From: Octopus vulgaris
Lineage: Eukaryota
NCBI GenBank assembly: GCA_951406725.2
Contig: OX597832.1
Location: forward strand, 46,996,001-47,060,000
Direction of reading: 5' to 3'
Length of the DNA: 64,000 nt
Below are positions 11,671-27,284 of this stretch, in pieces (position 1 is the stretch's first letter; every line of letters begins with the position of its first letter). A program made the translations under genes and the position numbers. The notes under the pieces were generated by a model. The model searched no databases, was not told the DNA's origin, and saw nothing but the letters and a program-made list of their open reading frames with translations.

Positions 11671-11749
11671 TGAATGATGAATACAGAGAGACAGGAAAAG
11701 TGAGACGGAGATACTTCTAATATATGGGCATGTATATCACTGAATCAGA

Positions 11750-11787
<38 letters not shown>

Positions 11788-12100
11788 AAATGAGAGAGAA
11801 ACGGAGATAGTGAGAGTGAGTGAGTGAGTGAGTGTGTGTGGGAGAGAGAGAGAGAAGGATAGGGAGAGGGAAAGAGATTGCAAAGTTAATATTTTAACAG
11901 AAGAAAATTAATCAATAAACAAGTTAGCCGATGTTATAACCATAAAGAAATGATTACTATTTTTCTTGATTTGTTTGTGCCGAATGCTGGTCTGTTGGAG
12001 ATAAGCACTTGGTTTCGATTTCCACTTGATTGCCACTTGATTCTCTCAGAAAAGCCAAATGCGTAAATGTTGTGTCGTTGTTAATATCTGTAGCTATTAG

Positions 12101-12698
12101 AAGGCGGACGAGCTGGCAGAAACGTTAGCACGCCGGGCGAAATGCTTAGCGGTATTTCATCTGTCTTTACGTTCTGAGTTCGAATTCCGCCGAGGTCGAC
12201 TTTGCCTGTCATCCCTTTCGGGTTCGATTAAATAAGTACCAGTTACGCACTGGGGTCGATATAATCGACTTGATCCGTGTGTCTGTCCTTGTTTGTCCTC
12301 TCTTTGTTTAGAGTTCAAATTTCGGCGAGGTCGACTTTGCCTTTCGTCCTTTTGGGTCGATTAAATAAGTACCAGTTACGCACTGGGGTCCATATAATCG
12401 ACTTAATCCGTTTGTCTGTCTTTGATTGTCCTCTCTGTGTTTATCCGTTTGTGGGTAGTAAAGAAATAGGTATTTCGTCCGCCGCTGCGTTCTGAGTTCT
12501 AATACCGCCGAGGTCAACATTGCCTTTCATCCTTTCGGGGTCGATTAAATAAGTACCAGGTACGCACTGGGGTCGATATAATCGACTTAATCCGTTTGTC
12601 TGTCCTTGTTTGTCCTCTCTGTGTTTAGCCCCTTGTGGGTAGTAAAGAAATAGGTATTTCATCAGTCTTTACGTTCTGAGTTCAGATTCCTCCGAGGT
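12101..12698 (+). mobile_element. SINE family B head-to-tail multimer (head + ~3.3 units)
   Basis: 184-bp unit; junction AAAGAAATA|GGTATTTC at 12468/12469 and 12652/12653. Confidence 0.9.
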
Positions 12699-13319
12699 TC
12701 GTAAGCTCGCTACTTACCCTATAGCCACTCCTGCGCCTATATATAATCTTTCTTCAGTTGTCTCCTATTCTCGTAGGTGTTGCCCTAGGGAACGTGACCA
12801 ATTTACTTCACCTTCTTGGTAGCTGTTTGTCCCTTAAAGAAATATAACGCTCAATTTGTTTGATTGATACCCTTCAAGATAGTACCCCAGCATGGCCGCA
12901 GTCCAGTGACTCATACAAAAGATAAAACGATTTAACAAATGTACCAACAGAAGAATCTCAAAAATTTATCTTGTTCTCAGCTTACCCTAAATAGTGTGAA
13001 ACCAGCACACACTGACGGAGAATGACGGAGAATGACGAAGAGTGACCTGCGTAACCAATACGCCATTTCTTTTTTCCTCACACAGCATATGAATGAATTT
13101 ACAAAGATAAATATATGAAGAATCCAAGCAGCGTGAAGATGAAGAGACATTCTGGAGTAATGAAGAAGAATTTCGAATATGTATGAACAAGCCCCAGGTG
13201 GAGCAATTGCCAAGATACTTCATTTAGTTTCGCGTTCGAAGGTTTACATTTTCTTTGATTTGTTTGTACACATGGGCACGCTTTTTCATATAAACAGACA
13301 CATACTCCACAGTATGCTT

Positions 13320-13328
13320 GTGTATATG

Positions 13329-13401
<73 letters not shown>

Positions 13402-13476
13402 ATGTGTGTGTGTGTGGAGAAAGAGCGAGAGAGAAAGTGGGAGACATATACAAATATATATGCATGTATTTATATA

Positions 13477-13565
<89 letters not shown>

Positions 13566-13573
13566 GTATATAT

Positions 13574-13607
<34 letters not shown>

Positions 13608-13875
13608 ACATATAAATCAATATGTATGCGGTTATACATACACACACACACACACATATATATATATACATATGTATATATATATATATATATATTTATC
13701 AATCTATCGGCATATGTGTGTATATATACATATACTTACATATACATATATACACACGCTCACACACGCACGCCCATACACATACAAATATGCACCTCTC
13801 TACACTGGTATATTATATATACATAAAAAATATTACACATGTATGTATCTATCTATGCATGTCTATAGATTTATC

Positions 13876-13907
<32 letters not shown>

Positions 13908-14050
13908 TATGTATGTATGTATGTGTGTATATGTACTTATGCACACTCATCTATACATTAATATATAGGCTCCTGTTTAACTACAAACGCACCACATCAT
14001 GCACACATACACTCATACACACATACACACATACACACACACATGTGTCT
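13320..14050. repeat. Compound (TA)n/(TG)n/(CA)n low-complexity tract
   Basis: Read directly; source of the [12 protein letters not shown] ORFs. Confidence 0.95.
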
Positions 14051-14309
14051 ATAACTATCTGCATACCCATTCGAATATAATTATCAACACATGTACCTAC
14101 ACACGTTTGTTAAATGGCGTATGATTCGCACGTCATCTCTGCTGCGTTCGCTAATTGATGTATCTATGGTACGCGATGACTACTCGCTGTGTTTGTTCAG
14201 AGTAAGCTTATGCCTTAATATAATAAATAATAGACGCAAGGTGTATAAAAAAAAAATATCTGCTAAAATAGTATAATCAGTATAGAACCATAAATAATGT
14301 GTGTATTTT

Positions 14310-14342
<33 letters not shown>

Positions 14343-14606
14343 CTTCGTCTATTTTTCACCTTCCCAATTGCTAGTATCTATGCACTTGGCAGCTTCGTAC
14401 ACTCGTTAAATCCTATTAGACAGACAGGAAGAGGAAGAAGAATAAATATGATGATAATAAGGATGATGGTGATGATGATGATGATGATAATAATAATAAT
14501 AATATTAATAATGATAATAATAATAGTGAGGAAGTCAGTAAACGATGTAAAAACGTCTATTATAATAAAATAGATAAAACATAAAATCCTCCATAAGAGA
14601 AATTAA

Positions 14607-14670
<64 letters not shown>

Positions 14671-14758
14671 GCATATATATATATATACATATATATACAT
14701 GTATATATATATATATATATACATATATATATACATATATATATACATATATATATAC

Positions 14759-14805
<47 letters not shown>

Positions 14806-15527
14806 TGTGGGATTTGAAATCATTCCGTAAAGGGGTGTAATTGAATATCAGCTGTTATCTTGTCTTATTCTCAACGAATGTTGCTAACTGACCGTCCTCA
14901 AAAGTGGACCCTCCGACAGTTTCCATGGGGATTCAATAGTTCGAATAACTGAATTGCAATATACTGTCTCCTTTGTAATAACGTGTACGTGGCTGTGTAT
15001 TCCATGGACATATGTACCTTTTCAAACCATCACCAGCAAGTTTCAGCGTTACACTGTATGAGGCAAGGCTATTTTTTTTTTTTTTTTTTTTTTTGTACCA
15101 GATACAATCCATTCCATAATCTTCCACGTTGTTTCCGTCAGCCTAATTTCGTACACAAGATCTATGCCACGCCGTGGGATTGAAATCTAGATTTCATGTT
15201 TGCAAAGCAAAGTGCTTAACTACTCGGCCATGCTTGCTTCTAACACTGTGATGAATCCGGTAGAGTTGAACTTTATACTGCACTTATGTCATACATTGCG
15301 TTAATTTCTCCTGTAGCCTGACACAGAGTAAGATACATTATGTGGTCTCGCAACATGCTAGAAATAGATGTCAAATCCTTTTGCATCACAGCCTAAATCT
15401 TGACAACGGGAGCCTCTCATGAGATAATATAATCTTAGGTGCTCCTAAAACGAAGGGATGATCATTACTTGAATACTTCTGCTTATAGTTTTCCTGAAAC
15501 AAATTAAACTGTTAACAACAACAGCAA

Positions 15528-15920
15528 GTGGAGACGCAATGGCCCAGTGGTTAGGGTAGCGGACTCGCTGTCGGAGGACCGCGGTTTCGATTCCCAGACC
15601 GGTGGTTGTGTGTGTTTATTGAGCGAAAACACCTAAAGCTGAACGAGCCCCGGCAGGGGGTGGTGGCGACCCCTGTTGTACTCTTTCGCCCCAACTTTCT
15701 CTCACTTTTTCTTCTTGTTTCTTGTCCCCGACTTCCTACGCAACCGCTGAGCCTGGATGCGCATTCATCCATCCGTCGATACTCTCGGTGTCGGGGGTTG
15801 ACCTGCTTTCTCTTCTGCGGGTCTTACGAATAGCAAAGAACCACGTTTCGGACATCTCCCATCTTGAGAGCTCTGGAACGAAGACCGTTTGCTCAACAGC
15901 AACAGCAACAGCAACAGCAG
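15528..15920 (+). mobile_element. SINE family C with a distinct third tail type ending in (CAACAG)n
   Basis: First ~190 bp match 33569 and 44010 (TGGCCCAGTGG A-box, GTTTCGATTCC B-box); sequence after CTTGTTTCTTG is unrelated to the other tails. Confidence 0.82.
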
Positions 15921-17058
15921 CCGTCCAAGAATTTGGACCTGGAGATCTCCATTTCCAGCGACTTCGAGGGCCACTCCCCAGTGGTGTCGGGCGTCAACGA
16001 AGAGCTCTCGACCACAACAAGACGACCAAAGTTTTTTTTCCAAGGTCTGGGGTCTCCCGCCCCCTAAGCCCTAGACCATCACCTAATCACCCTTACCCAT
16101 CTTGTTGCTTAACAACAACAACAACAACAGCTGCAGCAACAGCAACAGCAATAGCTGCAACAATAATACTAACTAATCGTACAGTTACATTATGATAATA
16201 TTTATCTTTATGTGCAGCACACCGACAAATTAATGTATTTTATGTTTGAAAATGTTTACATTTTGTCTTCTGCAGCAAAGTTAAAGCAATATATAAATAT
16301 AACTATGTTTTGTTTGAAGAAAATGTTTATCTGTGACTTGAGCAATTCTCAAGAGTTTGCAATAATTATAAATTATAGTCCCTTCTAATGAGACAGTAAT
16401 TAGGTAATTATTACAGTTATCTCAAACAAATGGCTTGCTAACAACCAAGCAGCTATTATCACACTCATTTCTTTCTTTTTTTTTTTTTTTTTTTGGTAAG
16501 CATTCCTACTTGTTAATAGCATGCAACATCTGTTCTAAACTGCACGAAATGAAAGAGATATTAAAGAAATGTAAGAGATATTAAAATGAAGGAGATATTA
16601 AAGATATTACATAGGAGGGGATATGTGGCCAATCTTCTTAGCAGCAGATATCTGTTTGGTTGAAAGTAAGGTAAGAACGTATCTTAATTGTAAAGAATTC
16701 TTCAGAAAATAAAAACGTGTAATAATTACATCCATTAACAGAGAAGTGTGAACGATTAATCTGCTTCTGGATTATGCATCAGTTATTCGGTTGGAACATG
16801 TGTGCCGGAATCCTACAATCTGTAGCGATGTGTTGGATCCAAGAGTAGCCTTGCTCTTGGAGACTTACAGCCACTTGTAAATCTCTTATTTGGCTGCGTG
16901 GCAAGCTTTTATTGATGTAAACAACTAGCTGGATACACGGTATGGTTCGGCGTGCTGAGATTGAAACCTCCTTGCCCACAGAAATGCAATAGTTGATTTG
17001 ACAGCATGGCATGACTGTAGTTGATATGTAGAGCAATTTGATTACTATAGAAGAAACA

Positions 17059-17398
17059 TCGGGACTTATTCTTTGTAAGCCCAGTACTTATTCTATCGGT
17101 CTGTTTTGCCGAACCGCTACGTGACGGGGACGTAAACACACCAGCATCGGTTGTCAAGCAATGCTAATGGAACAAACACAGACACACAAACATACACACA
17201 CATACACACATAAATATATATATACATATATACGACAGGCTTCTTTCAGTTTCCGTCTACCAAATCCACTCACAAGGCATTGGTCGGCCCGGGGCTATAG
17301 CAGAAGACACTTGCCCAAGATGCCACGCAGTGGGACTGAACCCGGAACCATGTGGTTGGTTAGCAAGCTACTTACCACACAGCCACTCCTGCGCCTAT
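17059..17398 (-). mobile_element. SINE family A, 3'-truncated
   Basis: Reverse complement of the 52708-53045 sequence. Confidence 0.9.
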
Positions 17399-18385
17399 AT
17401 TATTATTTTTTTTTTATTTGTTGACAAATATAAATGAAATCTCAAGAATTGCCTCTATATAATCAAACAGTACTGGTTGATATGAAGGTAATTTGTATAG
17501 AAATGCAGTTAATAATTGCTGAACATTCTTATTGACAAATATAGATAAATCTGAAAATTAAAGTTTGGGTATGTTTTTAATATCATTTAACCCAGAACAT
17601 AATTTTTTCAGTTCGCTCACATATTACAAAATGACGTAAATTTCATACAATTTACACCCGTACACCTAAAAAAATCTGACATTTTAATACACAGTCAGTA
17701 CTCACAGGTGAACGGATACAAATTTAAGTTGTTAATTCGAGTAATTTGTATGTGATGTAAAATGTAGGACGTGCAATTTGTCATTTAAAGATTTGGTAAA
17801 TTTTGTTAGCAAATGTGTCAAGCCTATACTGAACAGAAATCAATTTAATGATCCTTTATTTTGTTCAATATACTCGACAAATTACATGTGGGATAATATT
17901 TCTTTATTTTCAGTCTTTTGTTTTCTCTTACGTAAGCAGACCTTGTAGATAAAACAAAACAATAGTGTTTCAATTATATGAAGATATGCTCAACAAGAAC
18001 ACCAACAACAACGATAACAGCAATAGCTGGTAACAAATAATGTTGATCATAGCAGTAGACCTATAACAGCAAGAGAAAACAAGTTCCACCACCAGCAGCA
18101 GTATTTTGGAAAGAATTAATCATTAACTGTATTGCTCTGACTATAAAAGACACGAACAGTTCTACTTGGCAAACTGTTCCAAAAATCGAGTCATATTATG
18201 TAACAAAATAAATAATAAATGACGAATCAAAAGGAATTGGGCGTGTTTCGTTTGAAGAAACTAACTAGTCGTGGCAATCGATGAATTTCCTGCAGCTAGT
18301 TAGATAATACCCCGCCGTTCTATGTGCGTGTTTGCATGCGGGAATGTGCGCGTGCGTGGGCACCTGTGCGTGCGTGTGCGTGTGC

Positions 18386-18428
<43 letters not shown>

Positions 18429-18575
18429 TGTGTGTGTGTGTGTGTGTGTGTCATCGCAGAGAGAACGAACGGAAGCAGGAGTGAGGAAGAGAGAAAGAAG
18501 AATTATACATATATGCATAGTCACACCGAAGTATACACACACATATCCACACACTCACACTTTCTCTGTGTATGT

Positions 18576-18609
<34 letters not shown>

Positions 18610-19269
18610 GTATATGTATATATGTATATATATATGTACATATAGATAGTTACATACATACATACATATATATATGTATATATATATATATAGATACATG
18701 CATACATACATATATACATGTATGTATATATGTATATACATACATACATACATACATATACATATATATATATGTAGATAGATACATGCATGCACACACA
18801 CACACACACATATATATATGTATGTAAATATATCTATATAGAGAGAGAGATACATGCATACATATATATATGCATATATATATATATACATGCACACATA
18901 TATATATACATGCACACACATATGCGTGCGTGTGTCTATTTGTGCTTTTTTTATACTAGTTCACATACAAATGTCTATATGTATGCAAAAAAAACAGATA
19001 CTTCTACATGTTTATACATAGAGTTACGTGACTTTAATTTAAAAGTAAGACTAGTTGCTTCTCGTTTGTTATTATCGCTTGTAGCAGCTATTTTCCAGCT
19101 ATTTTTCATTATTGGAAATGTTTAATTACCCTCCTAATACATATTTTCTCTGTCACACGTTTCAAAATATGTGGACATCTATGGATGGATACATTTGGCA
19201 AAGAGAATATCAGGCAAATGAAATCATATTTGTGATATATACTTATTGAAAGGATTGAAATTTTGATTT

Positions 19270-19881
19270 GAAGGTTAGGTACAAAGTTTAGCAATTTTGG
19301 GTGAAGTTGAAAGTTTATGACATTCACCCCAGTTTCCAGCTGGTACTTACGTTATCGAGCCCGAAAGAATGAAAGCCGAAGTCGACCAGGGCGGAATTTG
19401 AACTTACAACGTAAAGACGGACGAAATACCGCTAAGAATCTTGCCTGGTGTGCTACCTTTTCTTATTTCTTTACTGCCCACAAGGGGCTACACACAGAGA
19501 GGAGACACAAGGACAGACAAACGAATTAAGTCGATTATGTCGACCCCAGTTTGTAACTGGTACTTATTCAATCGTCTCCGAAGGGATGAAATACAAAGTC
19601 GACCTCGACGGAATTTGAACTCGGAACGTAGCGGCAGACGAAATACCTGTTTCATTACTGCCCACAAGGGGCTTAACAGAAAGGATACAAACAAGGACAG
19701 ACAGACGGATTAAGTCGGTTATATCGACCCCAGTGCGTAACTGGTACTTAATCTATCGACCCCGAAAGGATGAAAAGAAAAGTCGACCTCAGCAGAATTT
19801 GAACTCAGAACGTAGCGGCAGACGGAATACTGCTAAGCCTTTCGCCCGGCGTGCTAACGTTTCTGCCAGCTCACCGACTTG
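19270..19881 (-). mobile_element. SINE family B trimer
   Basis: Three successive cores on the minus strand with junctions near 19648 and 19460; the last unit is more diverged and has a different tail. Confidence 0.85.
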
Positions 19882-19949
19882 AAAGGACAGAAATATATTA
19901 ATTGAATGATTTATTCCAATATATTAACACCCATACTTATCTCTCTAGT

Positions 19950-20452
19950 TTTACCATATGATATTGGGGTTCTCGAGGTGATCATTAAGCTCTGCAGTAA
20001 TTTTGGGAGCTGTACTTTTGTGATCCTTTCTAACAATTTGCGTAAGAGTCCGGCGGTCCCTATCTGGAAGTTTTGGTTTTCTTTTGGAGTTTTGTTTCGA
20101 CGAGGAAGTTTTTCTCTCATTTTCAAAGAGTGTCATTACTTTCGAGACAATACCTCTTGATACGCCAAACATTTCAGCTGTTTTCGTTACGCTAGCCCCT
20201 GCCATACGGGCACCATCAATGTGACCTCTTTGAAAGTTCGATAGATCTGTTATTTTAGTGAATTTTCATTACCTTTTTCTGATAATATCTGAAAAGAAAC
20301 AGAAATTTTATCAAAACATATTAAGCAACACTAATAATAAATCGAAAAACACAAACGGTTCTATAGATATTTCTATAGATGACGGTTCTATAGATATTTC
20401 AAGATTATGATGTTACGATACTAGGTGTTTCCATTATTTTGCCCAAACCCTG
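19950..20452 (-). mobile_element. Tc1/mariner DNA transposon remnant (left end + transposase N-terminus)
   Basis: Translation TDLSNFQRGHIDGARMAGASVTKTAEMFGVSRGIVSKVM...RKPKLPDRDRRTLTQIVRKDHKSTAPKITAELN resembles the Tc1 paired HTH. Terminus TA|CAGGGTTTGGGCAAAATAATGGAAACACC at 20452-20424. Confidence 0.85.
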
Positions 20453-22239
20453 TATATGTGTATGTATGTATGTATGTATGTATTTATGTATGTATGTATG
20501 TATGTATAAGGAAAGAAATTATATTAAAAGTTGTCAAACCACCATTCCTGATACAGTTATGTTGTTCAGCCAAGGAAAGAAAAAAACTGTTGTTTTCATA
20601 TTTATACCACGCAAAATGGCTACTAAACATTGCAACGTAGGCAATTCCTGCCTTTTTCTCAAAACATTTGTGGGCTTTCTATTTTCTAACTCGTAAAGAG
20701 CTTTCTGAACATTGGATCTCCAATTAGTGCTTTTTTTTTGTTTTGGGTTATGTAACCTTAGGTCAACATTGATCTAGGAAAGGTTTGATGCAAAGCATTC
20801 CTATATGAACATCTCGATTTCATTGAAACCTAATGCATCTGAGAGAGCGTTATCAAGTGTGTCTTTCTTGTTATTAAGATGCTAAAGTGTTATATCAAGG
20901 AATTTGGTTGCCATTTCCAGCAACTCAACCAACCACTTACAGGCTCCCCTGTAACTTCGATTCCCCTCGAAGTTTCACGCACTGCGTGATATAAAACTCT
21001 GAGGTTAGAAAATAAATATTGTTCAATGAGCAGTCAGTGTATTTCTGATTTGCGTTAATGAAACCCAGCTGTTTGGGAAATAAAGGCCATGGCTAATAAA
21101 TTAGCATCTATGACAAGCCACAGGCTATTAACCATATGTCGTCTGCTAACTTATCGATTCGGATACTTGCGTTCTTCTTCTAAAAGAGCACTCTGCTAAA
21201 TTAAGTAACATTGTTAACTGTTGGTATTTTCTATTTTTATGTCAATTTGGAAAAGTTCTTTTTACATGTCTCGAAACCTTGAAAATTTAGGAAAGAGTAG
21301 GAATGCAAAACTGCAAGGTTCAAGCAATTTCCAAACTTATTAAGAGCACAAGAGACGAGAAATGACTTCAAATAAGATTTGAAACAGCATTGCCATGTTA
21401 TCCTCGAATATCCACAATATAATCTCTTGCTGTTGTCAAGCGGTCACCGCTGCTAGGTTTGTTCTGGGCAAATTAAATCCTATACATACGATGATGGAGG
21501 TTTAAATCTACGACATACCTGCATAGTTGAATACATTTTAAACAATAGCGGATGGTTGAATAGCTGAATAAACCAATGCCAAGATTTGAGCGAAATTATT
21601 GCAAACAGAAATATATTGTATCGATCGTATTTCCTCTTGGTTTTTTTTTTATGTTCGTTTTTTTTTTTCCTTTTTCTCATTTTTTCTTTTTCTTTTTTTT
21701 TTTTTTTTTGATATTTTCTGATACATTTTTCCACGAATGAACTATGGGTTTTGAGAAAAGATATTTTTTACACGTTCTTACCCGTTTTCTCTGTTGCTTC
21801 CTGATAAGTGTGACAACACAATACCTGAAACAGAATTGAAATTTCCATAGACACAAATGCAAATATATGTTTTCAAACAAAAACAGCCATAAACAAAAAC
21901 AAAAACAAAAAAAAAAAAACAAGAAAAACTTACCGCATCATTTCCTGTTGTATTCTCGCCAATAAAGCCTGCATTTACACAGTCCCAATCGTATACAAAC
22001 ACACACACCCATACATACGCATGTATATATATATATATATACACTAATATGTGTGTACACGGGCAAATAACACGATATATCAAAGAAAAGTGTAGACTCC
22101 GTGTGACGTGACAAACAAACCGGAGTAGGAAAACACAATGCAAAGTCCTTCTGTTTACGGAATGTGTCATAATTATAATTACGTTTTCATGTTATATGTT
22201 AGCAGGACCATACAACAATAATGCATGCATAAGGAAAAC

Positions 22240-23700
<1,461 letters not shown>

Positions 23701-24040
23701 AAGCAATATCTAATAAATATTAAAATAATTACATAATCATAGTTTTGTAGTATTTCTTTCGATCAACTTCTTTGCTGTTTTTAATTTTACGTCGGGAACA
23801 ATTTCCGTTGTGATTATTTATTATTTTTAATTTTTTTTTTTTGTAATTAGATTTTTCAGTTAAAATTCGAGCTTATAATCATTATTATCTTAATAGTCAT
23901 TTATTGCTTAATGAGTGGTCCAAGCTCCAGCAGCTGGGTGCTATTTTATTTAAAACTAACGCGTAAATGACTGGCTGGCTTCGTAGCTGAAGATGATCGG
24001 AGGTTTAGTTTGAAATATATACCAATATAGTGAGATGTGT

Positions 24041-24582
24041 GTCGATACGTTCCGAGTTCAAATACCTCCGAGGTCGACTTTGCCTTTCATCCTCTCGGGG
24101 TTGATAAATTAAGTACCAGTTGCGCACTGGAGGTCGATGTAATCGACTTAATCCGTTTATCTGTCCTTGTATGTCCCCTCTGTGTTTAGCCCCTTGTGGG
24201 TAGTAAAGAAATAGGTATTTCGTCTGCCGTTACGTTCCGAGTTCAAATTCCGCCGACGTCGACTTTGCCTTTCATCCTTTCGGGGTCGATAAATTAAGTA
24301 CCAATTACGCACTGGGGGTCGATATAATCGACTTAATCCGTTTATCTGTCCTTGTTTGTCCCCTCTGTATTTCGCCCCTTGTGGGCAGTACAGAAATAGG
24401 TATTTCGTCTGCCGTTACGTTCCGAGTTCAAATTCCGCCGAGGTCGACTTTGCCTTTCATCCTTTCGGGGTCGATAGATTAAGTACCAGTTAAGCACTGG
24501 GGTCGATGTAATCAACTTAATCCCTTTGTCTGTCCTTGTTTGTTCTCTCTGTGTTTAGCCTCTTGTGGGTAGTAAAGAAATA
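24041..24582 (+). mobile_element. SINE family B headless trimer bracketed by one TSD
   Basis: Units of 184-185 bp with junctions at 24213/24214 and 24398/24399. AATATAG(T/C)GAGATGTGT repeated at 24024-24040 and 24583-24599. Confidence 0.92.
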
Positions 24583-24794
24583 AATATAGCGAGATGTGTT
24601 TGTGTGTGACTGTGTGTCTGCGTGCGTCTGTGTTGGGCGTGTGTGTGTGATTACGCATGCGCGTATGCATATTCACTCCTATATATAGTCATTTGAATTC
24701 TTCCTCAAAGGACGTAGTAGTTTCCTAACAAACGTGGGAAAGATACAAAGATTTGAATGTAGACATGTATGCAATTATATATGAATGCATGTGT

Positions 24795-24945
24795 AGAAGT
24801 GGCTGTGTGGTAAGTAGCTTGCTTGCCAACCACATGGTCCCGGGTTCAGTCCCACTGCGTGGTACCTTGGGCAAGCGTCTTCGGACCGACCAAAGATTGT
24901 GTGTATTTGGTAGACGGAAACTGAAAGAAGCCCGTCGTATATATG

Positions 24946-24976
<31 letters not shown>

Positions 24977-25160
24977 GTTTGTGTGTCTGTGTTTGTCCCC
25001 CAACATCGCTTGACAACCGATGCTGGTGTGTTTACGTCCCCGTAAAAAGAGACCGATACAATAAATACTAGGCTTACAAAGAATAAGTCCCGGGGTCGAT
25101 GTGCTCAGCATGGCCACAGTCAAATAACTGAAACAAGTAAAAGTGTAAAGAGTAAAAGAG
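24795..25160 (+). mobile_element. SINE family A with three short internal deletions
   Basis: Colinear with 39783-40193 apart from gaps near 24882, 25045 and 25105. Confidence 0.88.
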
Positions 25161-25451
25161 TTTGTGTATATATATATGCGTGTGTGTGTGTGTGTGTGTA
25201 CATCAACAAAATGAGAGATCACTTTATGGATCCCTTGTATGCTAAATATGCTGAGATTGATACTATTTAATAATATTAATTTCTACTCTTATAATATATA
25301 TGCATGTATGTATGTATGCCGAAATATATATGCATACATGTATATATGCATACCTATTTAATAGTTAAGGACTACGAGAGTAACTTTGCCTCTAGTTCAT
25401 AGTAGATTAAACAACCTAACAAAAAGTGAACAATAAATCCGAAGATATACA

Positions 25452-25823
25452 GTGGAAGCACTCCGTCGGTTACTGCGATGAGGGTTCCGGTCAACGGAAC
25501 AACCTGCTCGTGAAATTAACGTGTAAGTAGCTGAGCACTCCACAGACACGTGTACCCTTAACGTAGTTTTCGGGGATATTCAGCGTGAGACAGAGAGTGA
25601 CAAGGCCAGCCCTTTGAAATACAGATACAACAGAAACAGGAAGTAAGAGTGAGAGAAAGTTGTGGTGAAAGAGTACAGCAGGGATCACCACCATCCCTGC
25701 CGGAGCCTCGTGGAGCTTTAGGTGTTTTCGCTCAATAAACACTCACAACGCCCGGTCTGGGAATCGAAACCCCGATCCTACGACCGCGAGTCCGCTGCCC
25801 TAACCGATGGGCCATTGCGCCAC
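25452..25823 (-). mobile_element. SINE family C1, full length with TSD
   Basis: Reverse complement of 33569-33952. CCGAAGATATACA repeated at 25439-25451 and 25827-25839. Confidence 0.92.
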
Positions 25824-26037
25824 TTCCCGAAGATATACAAAACGTCTGAGACAATAGAATTGTATCCGTGTTTCTATCACGTGGTTAAACAATTGCGAAG
25901 AGAAGTCAGCGCAGATTCACCCATTTCGATTTTGTAAAAATTACCATTTCTAAAAGTTATCCCACGAAAATTTTTGCAAAAGTAACTACACAATCATAAC
26001 ACACATCGGTATTGAAATTATAATTCAATACAGATGC

Positions 26038-26240
26038 GAGGTGGCAGATTCGTTGGTACGCCAAAGTAAAACACTTCGCGGAATTTCGTCCGTCTTTAAC
26101 ATTCTGGGTTCAAACTCCGAGTTCCACCAAGGTTGACTTTGCCTTTCATCCTTTCAGGGTCGATAAAATTAATACCAGTAGATCACTGCGGGTTGCTACC
26201 TACCCAGGAATCACTGGCCATATGCCAAATTTGAAACCAA
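26038..26240 (+). mobile_element. Diverged SINE family B copy
   Basis: GGTTGACTTTGCCTTTCATCCTTTCAGGGTCGATAAAATTAATACCAG core. Confidence 0.75.
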
Positions 26241-26818
26241 TATTTTAATTCCAATTCCTTGTGCTTTGAGAGACGTACAGAATTCCACCGAGATAAAATC
26301 TGCAACGTAACCTTCTGGGTTTCGATAAAATAAATAAACTGAAATGCACTTTGTGCCAATGTTAGAGTTCCATATTGCACCGTTTTATATAATTAAAACT
26401 ACAGACAAAGTTTATATAGATAATATTAAATAGAAACTTTATCAAAGTATGTGTATAGTATTTTGTTGTACGCGCAAAGATTAATCATCTTATTCAGAAA
26501 ATTACGATATTTATTTCAACTCAATAAGAGCAGTCTGCATAATTTGTTTTTCTTCTCTTCATATTTTTGATATGGTTGTTCATCTTCCTTCTGCCAACAC
26601 CCACCCACCCAACTCACCTCACCTCAACTATACACCGCCGCTGACGTCAGAGGTATAGCTGGCAGGAGTGCCCAAAGCAAAATATGGTGGAATCCTATAA
26701 TTACTACTTTTTCTCCAAGAGGTGCTTAATGTTTTCTCAATTATTCTTTAGGCAATTTCGCAAATTTGATTATTATGATTTTTCCTCGGTAGTTATATTT
26801 TGTTTTGCCTAATAATAC

Positions 26819-26908
<90 letters not shown>

Positions 26909-27124
26909 CAGCAGTAGTAGGTAATGATGATTGCTGAGGCTGAAACTGCACAAATATATACATATATATACTTATGTATGTATATATGTACGTTGTATGT
27001 ATATATATATATATATATATATATGGGGGGGTGCATGTGTGTATAAATACGCACACATACATATATATATAGATATATATATATACATATGTATAAAAAT
27101 ATGTAAGTTTTATATATACAAAGG

Positions 27125-27171
<47 letters not shown>

Positions 27172-27284
27172 ATATTATTATATATACACATTTACGTGAG
27201 TATTTATATACTGTAGTTTGCTTGACGCATTATGTTCTATTAGAGAAGAAAAAAATTGTTATGGCTGAAAGAATGTGAAATGTG

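Noticed and set aside
12101-12698. Family B arrays as CRISPR or as hammerhead retrozymes
   Set aside because: Units are contiguous 184-bp SINE bodies with no unique spacers, and there is no CUGANGA...GAAA core on either strand.
13066-13250. Strong splice-acceptor-like TTTCTTTTTCCTCACACAG followed by purine-rich sequence
   Set aside because: All three frames hit stops within ~35 nt. A non-coding exon cannot be supported without RNA data.
15920-16075. GC-rich block after the (CAACAG)n tail, possible exon
   Set aside because: No recognisable protein motif or clear splice pair; may be part of another repeat.
23985-24023. CTGAAGA...GAAATATATA hammerhead-like string
   Set aside because: Stem II is mostly G-U with a mismatch and stem I does not pair; at best a decayed copy.
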